In this document: positions 17,370-27,089 of the stretch, piece after piece
Position numbering within the stretch: the stretch's first letter is position 1
Layout of the letters: every line of letters begins with the position of its first letter
DNA from: a virus
Lineage: Duplodnaviria > Caudoviricetes
DNA length: 50,541 nucleotides
Strand: one strand, 5' to 3'
IMG/VR virus record: IMGVR_UViG_3300049926_000017
Coordinates: 1 to 50,541 of that record
Program-made: the position numbers and the translations under genes
Notes under the pieces: generated by a model
What the model was told of the DNA's origin: nothing
Database searches by the model: none
Seen by the model: only the letters and a program-made list of their open reading frames with translations

Positions 17370-17711
17370 ATGACGCACCTGCTCGAACCCCACTCCTACG
17401 TGTGGTCCATGGCGGGCAGGTGCGTACGATGTCAACAGCCCGAAGCAGGACACCTGACCATGCTCGCAGAGCCCGATCCCCTGACCGAATGCACGGTGGA
17501 CCACAAGTCCATCAATGCCACTCTCCTCATCGGCTCGGGGTTGGAGTGGAAGCGTTGCCCGTTCTGCCACGTCATGGTGGAGGGTGCCCTGCGAACGGGC
17601 GAGGTCAACGGGCCGACCTACGGCAAGGGACGTGGCGACCTGAGCCCCCGTCAGAAGAGCGACCTCCTCGCATGGGCTGGCTGGGTCAACTACAACGGCG
17701 GTGACCTGTGA
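17370..17711 (+). CDS. Zn-finger hypothetical protein
   Basis: CVRC..H and CPFC. Confidence 0.65.
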   Translation: MTHLLEPHSYVWSMAGRCVRCQQPEAGHLTMLAEPDPLTECTVDHKSINATLLIGSGLEWKRCPFCHVMVEGALRTGEVNGPTYGKGRGDLSPRQKSDLLAWAGWVNYNGGDL

Positions 17712-17878
17712 CCCTCGTCGAGTGGATCGCCGGGCTGCCCCACAGGTACAGCAAGGGCCACTGGCCCAACTGGTACGACCTCGGGGCTGGCGAGCGGTTC
17801 CTCGTGTGCTGCGCCCACGGCGGACGACGCATGCAGACCTTCACCCGAGCCCGGCTGCAGGCCATCCCCATTCACTAG
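17708..17878 (+). CDS. Hypothetical protein (56 aa), last gene of the + arm
   Basis: GTGA coupling; VTLVEWIAG...IPIH stop. Confidence 0.5.
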   Translation: MTLVEWIAGLPHRYSKGHWPNWYDLGAGERFLVCCAHGGRRMQTFTRARLQAIPIH

Positions 17879-17939
17879 GCCCGAACAAGCGTTAGGCGTC
17901 CGCGCGGCTGCCAGCGCACCGGTGTAGGGCCGAACCGCT

Positions 17940-17955
17940 GACTCGAAGTCGAGTC
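17940..17955. promoter_or_regulatory. Palindrome site 4 GACTCGA-AG-TCGAGTC at the arm convergence
   Basis: 25/26 bp match to the reverse complement of site 1, including flank GGCGGGTA. Confidence 0.85.
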
Positions 17956-17961
17956 GGCGGG

Positions 17962-18017
17962 TACGGAGAAGCCCCTCCCCCACCTTTCAACAGGTGGTGA
18001 CGGAGGGGCTCTTCGTA
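17962..18017. terminator. Long hairpin, probable bidirectional terminator
   Basis: AGCCCCTCC/GGAGGGGCT with inner CCACCT/AGGTGG, between convergent arms. Confidence 0.65.
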
Positions 18018-18076
18018 TGTCCTGTAGTCCTCGTGCCGGTGGCGCCAGCCAGCCGTTGAAAGAGGACCCTCGGGAC

Positions 18077-18388
18077 TTAGCCGAAGGGGTTCGAGTTGTA
18101 CGGACCCCGGGGCGGCCCGGGTGGGAACGAGTTCGCCGTGCCCATGTAGCCGACCGTGATGGTGTTGGAGGGTGCGGACTCCTCGGCGCCAGCGTTGACC
18201 GCCGTCACCGTGAGAGCCTCGCCGTCTGAGCACTGGACCACTGCCACCGGATCGGTGACGGTGGCCTGATAGACGCCAGCCCTGTAGACCTTGTACGTGG
18301 CCGCACCGGCGACTGCCGCCCACCGCAGACGGAGCGTGCTGATAGTGGCAGCCCGGAACGTGATGACGGGAGCGGCAGGAGCGGTCAC
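18077..18388 (-). CDS. Fibronectin type III domain protein
   Basis: LRWAAVAGAATYKVYR...VTAVNAG.ES.PSN. Confidence 0.8.
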   Translation of the reverse strand: MTAPAAPVITFRAATISTLRLRWAAVAGAATYKVYRAGVYQATVTDPVAVVQCSDGEALTVTAVNAGAEESAPSNTITVGYMGTANSFPPGPPRGPYNSNPFG

Positions 18389-19320
18389 AGCCGGGGCAGG
18401 CCCTTCTCGATGGTCGTCAGGATGGCGGTGAACTGCTCGTCACGACCGAGACGCTTGCCCGCCTCGGTGGCTGCGAGGACCGCTGCCTCCTGCGTGGCCT
18501 TCGTGAAGCCGTCGTCCACCGCAACGGCGGCAGGCTTGATGTTCACGACGTTGTCCTTGGCCGTGTACTCGACCCGTCCCTCGTGGAACAGGGCGTACCA
18601 GATGTTCGAGCCGTTGGCCGGGTCCACGTCGCCCTTGACCGTGCCGATGACCTGAACGGGCATCGGGGCCGTGGTGGCGTGGTACTTGGTGGCACTGATG
18701 AGCGGGGCGCTGCGGACGTTGCTGCCCGACTTGACGTCGGCCGTGTAGCCGGGGGTGTAGGTGATGAGGTCCACGGGACCCTCCTTGACTGAGAGCGACT
18801 TGATGGGGGCGACGATGGCCTGACCGGCGAACGCTCCGACGAACTTGGTGACCTCTGCTGCGCTGACGACCACGGGGACAGCCGCAGACGTCGGGGCCTC
18901 GGGGTCGCACCAGAGGAGCGTGCCGTCGAGGAGGCGAGCGAGGTAGACCTGATGCGAGCCGTCGAAGTTCCGGTCGTAGACCGAGAGTCGGTGGGTCGGG
19001 CCAAAGGCCGACATGGAGCCCTGTACCGCAGCGCAGTAGCCCGGCTTCAGGGCGGTCAGGATGCCCTTGTTGCTGATGGCGGCCGGGAGCGTGTCGTGGT
19101 ACCGGGCAGCGACGCCCTTGCGGAAGTCACCGAGGTTCGAGCCTCCGGTCATGGTGTCGCCGGACGCCTTGCGAAGGGCCTGCGCCTCAGTGTGAGTGGC
19201 GGGGACGGACGAGTCGATGGCGTCCCGGTAGAACTCCAAGCCGGAGTCCCACGTGCAGTCCTCCCACGTTCCGTCTGCCTCGCGCTCGCTGATGTGGACG
19301 TGTCCGGGGATGACGCTCAT
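18385..19320 (-). CDS. Putative endolysin: papain-like (C39-type) Cys peptidase + SH3-like binding domain
   Basis: EDC catalytic Cys, GSHQV, WCDP; C-terminal NVRSAP...IWY; adjacent to membrane genes. Confidence 0.65.
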   Translation of the reverse strand: MSVIPGHVHISEREADGTWEDCTWDSGLEFYRDAIDSSVPATHTEAQALRKASGDTMTGGSNLGDFRKGVAARYHDTLPAAISNKGILTALKPGYCAAVQGSMSAFGPTHRLSVYDRNFDGSHQVYLARLLDGTLLWCDPEAPTSAAVPVVVSAAEVTKFVGAFAGQAIVAPIKSLSVKEGPVDLITYTPGYTADVKSGSNVRSAPLISATKYHATTAPMPVQVIGTVKGDVDPANGSNIWYALFHEGRVEYTAKDNVVNIKPAAVAVDDGFTKATQEAAVLAATEAGKRLGRDEQFTAILTTIEKGLPRL

Positions 19321-19559
19321 GAGATTGGGTCCTCTTCGTTGGTGCCGGGGTGGACCGAGCCGGGCGGGTTCTCGGGGTCGAGGAACAGCGCGGTGGCGCA
19401 CAGCATGAGCCAGCCGAGGTTCTGCATGGTTCCGGTGATGCTCTCGGCCTTGACTGCAGCGAGAGCGAAGGCGATGCCGCCGCCGATGATGAGCATGAAG
19501 CGGACCGTCGGGAAGACGCGGTAGAAGCGCCGGAGTGGGTGGTGCTTACGGAGAGGCAT
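19317..19559 (-). CDS. Two-TM membrane protein (holin/lysis accessory)
   Basis: Two hydrophobic helices; ATGA coupled to the endolysin. Confidence 0.65.
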   Translation of the reverse strand: MPLRKHHPLRRFYRVFPTVRFMLIIGGGIAFALAAVKAESITGTMQNLGWLMLCATALFLDPENPPGSVHPGTNEEDPIS

Positions 19560-19567
19560 GTTGGCCC

Positions 19568-19825
19568 TCAGTGAGACGAAAAGGCGTACGCCAGAACGCC
19601 AGCAATGACCGGCCCGAGGGCGGCTGCGGCGAGGATGGTGGAGCGGAGTGTTCCGACCAGTCCGAGGATCGTCTTTCTCTCGGTGCGGGCGATGAGTTGC
19701 TCATCCTCGATGGCGCGGACGCGAGGCTCGAACCGGTCCATGCGCGCGTCGATGCGCAAGAGCATGTCTTTCATGGTCATGCCCACCGGATCGCTAGCGA
19801 GGAGTCGCTCGTGCTGTTCAGTCAT
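19568..19825 (-). CDS. Coiled-coil + C-terminal TM protein (lysis cassette)
   Basis: IDARMDRFEPRVRAIE followed by a hydrophobic tail. Confidence 0.7.
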   Translation of the reverse strand: MTEQHERLLASDPVGMTMKDMLLRIDARMDRFEPRVRAIEDEQLIARTERKTILGLVGTLRSTILAAAALGPVIAGVLAYAFSSH

Positions 19826-19831
19826 ACGTGT

Positions 19832-19842
19832 ATGTTACCACG
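19832..19842 (-). promoter_or_regulatory. Extended -10 promoter CGTGGTAACAT, likely leaderless lysis transcript
   Basis: Hexamer ends 6 nt before the ATG at 19825; no RBS. Confidence 0.6.
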
Positions 19843-19858
19843 CGCGGGTCCGCGAGGA

Positions 19859-20545
19859 TCAGTCGTCGATGAGGAGGTTGTCGCCGTAGTGTGGCTTGGC
19901 GTCGTAGAACCGCTGGGCCTCATACGGCTGGATGTAGGCGACCCGGGGCAGAACGTGCATGAGGCTGCGTGGTTGGCTAGGCCGAGGCGGGATCGTCCTC
20001 GTCTTCTTCGTAGTGACGGTGTCGGTGTACCAAGCCGCCGGGATGCCCGGGTTGTTCGTGAGGGCCGCCCACGCCACAGCCAGAGGGTTGTTCTCCTGCT
20101 GATCCGGCACCCATACCGACACCTGCTCGGGGTAACCCCGGCCGGTGTCCTCCCACGTCGTCACGTAGTGCCCGGCGACGTACGGAACGTAGCCGTAGTG
20201 CTTCTTGTCCCACTTCGACTTGTCGAGCGCGAGGATGAAGTCTACCGCCTGCCGGGCCAGAGCCGAGTCGCCCTTGGCCGCTCGACGTAGGGCCTGCAGG
20301 ACACCGACGTAGTGGTGGCCGTCGGCCTTGACGCGGGCCTTCAACTTCTGCGCCAGCCGGAACCCGGCCGCGCTCGCCGTGTAGCGGGCGAGGCTCTTCC
20401 AGAACGCGTCGTGTGCCTTCGCCATGGCACGCTGCCACGCGATCACCGCGAGCAGGAGGTAGGTGTTGGTCTGGCTGCCCCCGATGGCCTTCAGGAAGGA
20501 CCGAGCCAGCCGGACCTCACGCTGCGTGACCTTGGGCTTGCTCAC
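19859..20545 (-). CDS. Virion/lysis-associated protein, possibly degenerate lysozyme-like fold
   Basis: GTGA coupling; FL.AIG..T..AW..Y.GVL.ALR..SKW pattern. Confidence 0.6.
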   Translation of the reverse strand: MSKPKVTQREVRLARSFLKAIGGSQTNTYLLLAVIAWQRAMAKAHDAFWKSLARYTASAAGFRLAQKLKARVKADGHHYVGVLQALRRAAKGDSALARQAVDFILALDKSKWDKKHYGYVPYVAGHYVTTWEDTGRGYPEQVSVWVPDQQENNPLAVAWAALTNNPGIPAAWYTDTVTTKKTRTIPPRPSQPRSLMHVLPRVAYIQPYEAQRFYDAKPHYGDNLLIDD

Positions 20546-23500
20546 GTGGCAACGTAGCGGTAGGCGATGTTGGCGCCGTAGACACGGAGCCCGCCCGGCG
20601 TACCGGTCTTGGTGACACCGAAGTCGAACGCGACCTTGACGGCGCCGTTGTTCAGCAGGGCCGCGACGGCAACCTCCTGACGGTGTCGAGCGTCGAGCGT
20701 GCCGGACGTGATGTCGAAGGACGCTGGGGTCGTGCTGATGGCGGTCCCGCCCTCGATGAACGTGGTCATGGACAGGTTCCACTTGTGGCTGGCGCCGAGC
20801 GCCGTGCCGCCCGAGGCGACCTGCCAGAGGAAGGTGACGACGTCGATCCAGATGTCGGCCGCACCGTACAGGTACGGCACCGGCGACCGGCCGACGTTGG
20901 TGGTGGCAGCGATGGTGGGCACGAGGATGGCGTCTCCCATCGTCGCCGACCACGTGTGCGGGCAGGTGCAGAGCCAGCGCGTGCCGTTGTAGGCGAACCA
21001 CATGCCGAGGTCAGTTCGGTACCAGATGTCGTTGGTCGCCACAACTGCCGGGAAGGCGGACCCGCCGAAGTGCATCTGGCCCGATCCCTTCAGGGACCAG
21101 CCAGTGACGGCGGACTTCAACTCGGCCGGGGTGCCCGCCGGGAAGACTGTGCCTGCCCCGTCATGCGTGCCGGAGGCAGTGTAGTCAACGAGGTAGCGTG
21201 AGGTCAGGGCGTCCGTGACCTGCAGCCACGCGTTCGTGGCGACGAAGTCGCTCGCACCGGGCAGCATGTAGACGCGCACCTTGTCGGGGTCGTCCGCTCC
21301 ACCGACCGGGATGGAGGCGTTGTTGACGGACACGCGCTCGCGACGACGGACGGTGATGCTCGTGCGCGGGCCGACGGCCGTCTCGTGGGTCGTGCCGACC
21401 GAGTCGTACCACGCGTACCCGATCCAGTACACGGCGCTCGCGGTGGTGAAGTCCCACGCAGAGAACTTCCAGACCTTCGTCGTTGACGTGTTGGCCCAGC
21501 CACGGAAGACCGTGCCATCGTGAGTGAGTCCGCTGACGACGGTGGCCGCCGACCCGAAGGTCCGGTTGCTGACCTCGGTGGCGGTCGTTCCGCTGAAGGT
21601 GTAGGCGACCACTGCTCCGTTGATCGGGACCCAGTACGTCGCTGCGCTCGCGTTGAGCGGGTCGTTCAGGCGAGCCCCACCACGGCAGTAGGCCGTCGTC
21701 CCGGTGTAGGAGGTACCGGCCGCCGCGCTGTACACGGTGCTCGACACCGCCAGCGTGCTCGGCACGACTCGCACGAACTTCGGGAAGACCCCGGCGCCGG
21801 TGCCCGTCAGGGTGGTGATGATGAGTTCGGTGGCGGTGGCATCGTAGAACATGCCAGCCAGAGACTTCGTGCCCGTGATGGCCGTCTGGACGCTGCTGTG
21901 GGCGACGTGCGCCATGGTGGTGCGGTCGTACTTCCAGACCACTCCGAGGGTGTCGAGGGTGTAGACGTAGGTCCCGTCGGTCGCAACCGCGATGTTCGGG
22001 GCCGTCTCCAACCGGGTGTCCACGTCGTACGTGTAGGTGATATAGATGTTTGGCTTCGAGTTCGTGTCGTGGCTGCCGTAGCCGGTGGCGCTGTCTGCCG
22101 TGCCGTCGCCGGAGTAGGTCGTCTTGCCCGAGCCGTCGTCCTTCGACCAGAAGAAGCCGTCGCTCGACGAGGTCCGCATGAAGCCCGCGTGGATGACCTG
22201 ACCGCTCGCGGCGGCGTATCCCGAGGTCAGGGACCGGTTGTAGTTGTCGTCGTTCCCGTTGCTGAACGTCTCGCTCGCGGCGGTGAAGCCTGCCGACATG
22301 CGGAGCGCGGTGCCCGAGGAGTTCCAGATGCCGACCTTGGCTGCGCAGGAGCCGCCGTAGCCAGCCATCCAGACGCTGACCTTCGTGATGGTGCCAGCAC
22401 GTGGCATCGTCAGGGGCGTGGTCATGTGGCTGTCGGTCGAGCCCGAGGTCGCGTCGGTCGTGTCGGCGATGTGCGAGGTCGAGCCAAGCGTGGTCGTGAC
22501 GGTCGTCGTCGATCCGGTCGCCGCGATGCTGCGAATGAGGGCGCCGGTGCTGGCGTTGAACTCCTGCGCCACGTAGTACGGGCTCACGGTGGGGTCGCAG
22601 GCCACCCAGTAGGACACGGCGGTCGAGTCGTACCCGATCCCTGCCGCTGTGGCGACGCCAGAGGGCACCGTAGTCAACGCAAGGCTGTCAACGGACGCAA
22701 CTACCGTCGGGGCGTTCGTCGGGGTGCTGACGCCGCTCTGCAGCGTCGTGACGGACGAGCCGGGCAGGGTGTTCGTGCCGTACAGGGTGGCGGCGGTCTG
22801 GCTGATGAGGCTGGACGCGTTGACCTGCCCCTTCACGTAGACCGGGTCGCTGTTCGTCGGGATGTTGACGAGCAGTTCCTCGGTCGAGTCGTAGAGCCGG
22901 ATGCCGAACGCATCGACCTCGACCCGCTTGCCGGAGTCGGCCGTCTTCAGGAGCGAGGTCAGCGTGATGGTGGCAGCCAGCAGGTCGGCCGTGATCTGAC
23001 GAGCCTGCAGTTTGGCCGTCGTGATAGAGCCGTCCATGATGGTCGTCGTCGTGACAGCGCCGTCGATCAGGGACCGGGCATCGAAGCCAGCGTCCGTAGT
23101 GATGGCGACCTCAGCGGAATACGGGGAGTAGTCGCCGTAGACGTCGAGCACCCGCGACCGGGCCGTGTAGAGGACCAGCCCGAGAGCCGGGATGCTGAAC
23201 TGGGTCGTGCCCGGGACCATACTGATGAGAAGGGCGTTCGACCACACGGGGACGCCTGCATCGTACAGGTGGGTGACCTGCGTCTCGACGAGCCGGACAC
23301 GGCTGTCGCCGTCCGTGTAGGTCGGGTTCTCGATGAAGAGCCGGACGACGCCGGACACAGTCGTCGAGGTCAGGACGGGGCTGCCCGGGGTCGGGAGGGC
23401 CGACGGCGGGTCCATCACGCCATCGGCGGCCGTCTCGTAGGTATCTGATCGCACGACACTACCGGCCGTGATGTTGGTCGTGTAGACCTCGGCTGCGCCT

Positions 23501-23661
23501 CCGTCGGTCAGGCTGACCGCGAAGTCGTCAACGGTGAGCCCGGCGGCCAGCACGTAGTAGAGCGTGTTCTCGAATAGCCCGTCGCCTCCGGTGAGGTTCG
23601 CAAGCATGATGGTATCGCTGGCGGCGAGGCCATGAGCGACGGCGTGAAGAAGGGTGCCCAC
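20542..23661 (-). CDS. Tail fibre / receptor-binding protein (1039 aa)
   Basis: T/S/G-rich beta protein; DGSITTAKL repeat; DIWYRTD..YNGTRW. Confidence 0.85.
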   Translation of the reverse strand: MGTLLHAVAHGLAASDTIMLANLTGGDGLFENTLYYVLAAGLTVDDFAVSLTDGGAAEVYTTNITAGSVVRSDTYETAADGVMDPPSALPTPGSPVLTSTTVSGVVRLFIENPTYTDGDSRVRLVETQVTHLYDAGVPVWSNALLISMVPGTTQFSIPALGLVLYTARSRVLDVYGDYSPYSAEVAITTDAGFDARSLIDGAVTTTTIMDGSITTAKLQARQITADLLAATITLTSLLKTADSGKRVEVDAFGIRLYDSTEELLVNIPTNSDPVYVKGQVNASSLISQTAATLYGTNTLPGSSVTTLQSGVSTPTNAPTVVASVDSLALTTVPSGVATAAGIGYDSTAVSYWVACDPTVSPYYVAQEFNASTGALIRSIAATGSTTTVTTTLGSTSHIADTTDATSGSTDSHMTTPLTMPRAGTITKVSVWMAGYGGSCAAKVGIWNSSGTALRMSAGFTAASETFSNGNDDNYNRSLTSGYAAASGQVIHAGFMRTSSSDGFFWSKDDGSGKTTYSGDGTADSATGYGSHDTNSKPNIYITYTYDVDTRLETAPNIAVATDGTYVYTLDTLGVVWKYDRTTMAHVAHSSVQTAITGTKSLAGMFYDATATELIITTLTGTGAGVFPKFVRVVPSTLAVSSTVYSAAAGTSYTGTTAYCRGGARLNDPLNASAATYWVPINGAVVAYTFSGTTATEVSNRTFGSAATVVSGLTHDGTVFRGWANTSTTKVWKFSAWDFTTASAVYWIGYAWYDSVGTTHETAVGPRTSITVRRRERVSVNNASIPVGGADDPDKVRVYMLPGASDFVATNAWLQVTDALTSRYLVDYTASGTHDGAGTVFPAGTPAELKSAVTGWSLKGSGQMHFGGSAFPAVVATNDIWYRTDLGMWFAYNGTRWLCTCPHTWSATMGDAILVPTIAATTNVGRSPVPYLYGAADIWIDVVTFLWQVASGGTALGASHKWNLSMTTFIEGGTAISTTPASFDITSGTLDARHRQEVAVAALLNNGAVKVAFDFGVTKTGTPGGLRVYGANIAYRYVAT

Positions 23662-26357
23662 TACGCGGTTCCTGTAAGGGTGCTGTCAACCACCAGAATA
23701 CCATCCGTGCGCACGTACACGACGCCGGTGGACTGGTCGAGCCAGTAGAGCGAGGTCGCGAGGAGGGGGTTCGGTGGGGTCCACCCGATCTGCCATTCCT
23801 TCTGCGGGCTGATGGGCTGCAAGGTCAGGAGGTCGCTGTCCGGCGCCGTCGTGTCCTCGCGGGGGCTGAAGGTTAGCGTGGTCGTCTGCTTGCCGGTCTG
23901 AGCCTCGGCCTGCCACGTGATCCCGACGGCGGTCCAGTAGCCCGAGCCGAACGCCTCGGTACTGACGGAGCCGTCCTCGATGTCGATGGGGAACATGTCG
24001 CAGACGTCGTACCCATCGCGCGGCTGAAGGAAGCCGGTGCGGATGCCGAGCGCGACGGACTTGCCCAACTTGCCAGCGTTCATCGCGGCCTGCTTGGTCC
24101 GGCGCATGAGGTCGTTCGCGTCGCTGACGCCGTCGATCAGGCGGACCTGCGTGAACCGGCCCCACGTGACCTCGTCGATGCCCGGAGCGGTGGCGGTCTT
24201 GTAGAGGACCTGTACCCCGTCCTTGGCCCGGCCGATGGCGCTGATGCGGGACGCCCACTCGGTGCCGAAGGGGATGACGCGGTAGCCCTGCACCAGTTCG
24301 CCGTAGCGGAGCCGGAGGTTGTCGCGGACCTGACCCGGGTCGTCCTGCACGACGAACTCGTAGCCGCCAGCGGTCTTCGGGCGGACGCTCAGGCGGGTCT
24401 TCTTGCCCGTCCCGGCGCGGTGGCTGTCGAGCAGGCCGGTGATGAAGGACAGGGTCGGGCTGTACGTCGAGAAGACGGTCAGCGTCTCGTTCATCGTGGC
24501 GATGGCGCCGACGGTGATGAAGCCGACCGGGCTGTTGGGCAGGCCCTTGGCCCTCGTCAACTGGTCGCTGACGATGTAGTGGATGGAGTTCTTCCCGGCG
24601 CTGACGTACTTCGAGCCGCCCTTCTCGCTGGCCTTGTCCGGGTTCGAGGCGTCGTACCGCTCGTCGAGGGTGTAGTCGAGGAGGGCGAGGTAGTCGATGC
24701 CGTAGAAGACGATGTCGGTGTCGGTCGCGTCGAAGTCCCACATGAGCCCGGCGAAGACCTCGCGCCAGCCGTCGCCGGAGCGGAACTGGACGCTGTAGTG
24801 GGTCTGCTTGGGCTCGATCACGCTCAACTGCGGGTGCTTCTTGCCGAGCGTGAAGTGCAGTTCCCCCGGGCTGTTGAACAGGATCGAGGCGCCGACGTTC
24901 TTCGCGTCTTCGAGGACAGCCACGGTGCGACCGGGTCCACGGCCGACCGTCTTCGTGACGCCGTCCGCCTGATACATGTCCTTGATGACGATGCGCCACG
25001 GGGCCTTCGGACGCAACTGGATCGCGGTCGGGGTGTCTGCCGGGTCGGGGATGAAGTTCGCGGAGACGACGATGGATGAGTAGGCCCACGCGCTGTAGCC
25101 CTGCTTGCTGTCCCAAACTCGGGCGCGCCAGTAGTACGTGGAGGCCGATAGTGCGTCGCCGCCGTAGGGCGTCGAGAACGACGTGCCACCGAGGGCAGAG
25201 ACGTAGACCTTGCCGGTGTTCCAGAGGATGTACTGGTCGTCGTCCCAGTGGGAGTCAGCCGCTCCGTAGGCGGACATCTGGACCTGATAGGCGAGGAGCG
25301 TGTCGCCCGGATCGGCGTCGGTGAAGGCGCCCTTGAACAGGACGCCGTCAAGCGTGGCGAAGGTGCTGGCGTTGGCGGGCGTCAGGGTCGGCGCGTTCGG
25401 GGCGGTGTTCGTGGTGTTGAACGAGACGAGGCTGGTCCACAGGGACACCTGCCCCTCATTGTCGTAGACCCGGGCACGCCACTTGTACGTCGTGCCAGCC
25501 ACGATGGTCAGGACATCCGGCACGTGAGTGAAGCGGTCGGCCTCAATCTCGGTGTTCGAGGCCGCCTTCTTGGCGAGGTAGAGTCGCGACCCGCCGGTGA
25601 CGACCTGCCCCGCGTTCGTGGCCGCTGACGTGTAGACCTCGACCTCGCTGTAGCGCAGCGTGTCGGTCGTCCGCTGGTCCGAGAAGGCGCCTTGGAAGTC
25701 GGTGAACGATCCGACCGTTCCGCTCGGAGTGAGGCTGGTGGGGACATCCGGCACGGTCACGCCGTACTCGTAGGTCAGGGTGATGATCGGCCGGAAGGTC
25801 GAGTCGGTGTGATCCTCGGACCAGCCAGCCCAGTTCTTGTGGGCGTCCGTCGAGCCGAACAGGCCGATGCCGTAGTTCGGCGCCTTGCCGCCCGGCTTGC
25901 CGTCGCGCCGCTTGACGTTGCTTGGTGCCCAGTCCTCGACCATGGCTGTGACGTCGATGGAGGTCAGACCGTTCGCCGCGCGGTTCATGTTCGTGGCCCG
26001 CTGGTCGGACGTGGTGCCGACAGCAGTGGTGTAGTCGTCCGACTGGAAGCCGGTGGACGGAGCGTTCCCCTCGCTGAAGGAGTCCTTCAGGCGCCGCAGG
26101 ACGGCGTAGGGGTGCTCGGTCGTCGTAAGGTCGAAGTTGCCCAGTCCATCGTCCGTGTAGAAGGACGCGATGGCGCTGACGATCTTGCCGACGCCGGACC
26201 AGTCGAGCGCGAACCGGATGTACGAGTCGTAGTCGTAGCCGCCGTCGTAGCCGACGTAGAGGCGGTGGTTGTTTCCGCTGCCCGAGGTAGCCCCGTCGGA
26301 GCGCCGCTTGCGGACCGTGTTGCCGAGGTTCGCGGCCCAAACCTTGGTCTGGCTCAT
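23661..26357 (-). CDS. Tail/baseplate protein: DNRLRE-like + Fn3 repeats + Tal/Gp37-like hub (898 aa)
   Basis: SYIRFAL..RPIITLTY; YxWRARVxD twice; NSPGELHFTL..VFAG..GIDYL. Confidence 0.8.
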   Translation of the reverse strand: MSQTKVWAANLGNTVRKRRSDGATSGSGNNHRLYVGYDGGYDYDSYIRFALDWSGVGKIVSAIASFYTDDGLGNFDLTTTEHPYAVLRRLKDSFSEGNAPSTGFQSDDYTTAVGTTSDQRATNMNRAANGLTSIDVTAMVEDWAPSNVKRRDGKPGGKAPNYGIGLFGSTDAHKNWAGWSEDHTDSTFRPIITLTYEYGVTVPDVPTSLTPSGTVGSFTDFQGAFSDQRTTDTLRYSEVEVYTSAATNAGQVVTGGSRLYLAKKAASNTEIEADRFTHVPDVLTIVAGTTYKWRARVYDNEGQVSLWTSLVSFNTTNTAPNAPTLTPANASTFATLDGVLFKGAFTDADPGDTLLAYQVQMSAYGAADSHWDDDQYILWNTGKVYVSALGGTSFSTPYGGDALSASTYYWRARVWDSKQGYSAWAYSSIVVSANFIPDPADTPTAIQLRPKAPWRIVIKDMYQADGVTKTVGRGPGRTVAVLEDAKNVGASILFNSPGELHFTLGKKHPQLSVIEPKQTHYSVQFRSGDGWREVFAGLMWDFDATDTDIVFYGIDYLALLDYTLDERYDASNPDKASEKGGSKYVSAGKNSIHYIVSDQLTRAKGLPNSPVGFITVGAIATMNETLTVFSTYSPTLSFITGLLDSHRAGTGKKTRLSVRPKTAGGYEFVVQDDPGQVRDNLRLRYGELVQGYRVIPFGTEWASRISAIGRAKDGVQVLYKTATAPGIDEVTWGRFTQVRLIDGVSDANDLMRRTKQAAMNAGKLGKSVALGIRTGFLQPRDGYDVCDMFPIDIEDGSVSTEAFGSGYWTAVGITWQAEAQTGKQTTTLTFSPREDTTAPDSDLLTLQPISPQKEWQIGWTPPNPLLATSLYWLDQSTGVVYVRTDGILVVDSTLTGTA
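23695..23703 (-). promoter_or_regulatory. Possible embedded extended -10 TGGTATTCT upstream of the fibre gene
   Basis: TGnTATTCT about 35 bp before the GTG at 23661, in a patch of atypical codons. Confidence 0.4.
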
Positions 26358-26358
26358 G

Positions 26359-27033
26359 TCAGACCGGGGTGCGGAGTTGCAGGATGCGCTTCGAGTACTT
26401 GTCCCAGTCGGCGCGGGCGCCGCTGATCTGGTTCATGAGGCCAGCCGGGCTGATGTCGGAGTTGCCACTCCGGGTCTGCCACTGGGTGAACAGGTCGCGG
26501 TCAGCGAGGAGGAGTTCGAGTCCCTCGACCCGGGCGAACTTGACGACGGCCTGCTCGGCAGCCTGCGTCAGTGACAGGACCTCGTCGTCGGTGGCCGGGG
26601 TCGGGTACGGAGCGTAGCCCCACACTCGGATGACATAGGTGTCCTCGTAGCCCTGCAGGCCACGGACGACACGAGTCGGGAGGTAGAGCATGCCGCCCCA
26701 CTGCGACCACCCTGAGTCAGCGGTGCTCCACTCGACGCCTGCCTCCTGCACCTGCATGATGAGGGCGTCGGGAGACTGCGTCGGGTCCCACACTTCGACG
26801 CGCTTGACCTCGATCTGAGGCTCGGCGGTGTCGAACAGGGCGGTGCCCAACTGGTACGGGAGTTGGTCCACGACAGGGTCGAGGTCCTCCGTGTACTGGG
26901 CCGGGAGGATGCGGCCGACCTCGACGAGGCCAGCGATGGCGACCTCGGGAAGGAGCGACGTGGTGAACGTCTTCGCGTCAGGGTCGAGTAGGACCGTGGC
27001 GATGCGGGTCTTCAGTTCACCGTAGGTGCTCAT
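26359..27033 (-). CDS. Head-tail adaptor protein
   Basis: TYGELKTRIATVL.D N-terminus typical of podovirus-type adaptors; RBS CAGGAG. Confidence 0.7.
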   Translation of the reverse strand: MSTYGELKTRIATVLLDPDAKTFTTSLLPEVAIAGLVEVGRILPAQYTEDLDPVVDQLPYQLGTALFDTAEPQIEVKRVEVWDPTQSPDALIMQVQEAGVEWSTADSGWSQWGGMLYLPTRVVRGLQGYEDTYVIRVWGYAPYPTPATDDEVLSLTQAAEQAVVKFARVEGLELLLADRDLFTQWQTRSGNSDISPAGLMNQISGARADWDKYSKRILQLRTPV

Positions 27034-27061
27034 GCTGCTCCTGTGCTATGTGATCGCCGCC

Positions 27062-27077
27062 GACTCGATGTCGAGTC
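27062..27077. promoter_or_regulatory. Palindrome site 5 GACTCGA-TG-TCGAGTC
   Basis: ccgccgactcgatgtcgagtcagcgg in a 56-bp intergenic gap. Confidence 0.85.
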
Positions 27078-27089
27078 AGCGGCTGTGGA

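Noticed and set aside
20542-21100. Diversity-generating retroelement target in the fibre tip
   Set aside because: No reverse transcriptase and no template/variable repeat pair seen
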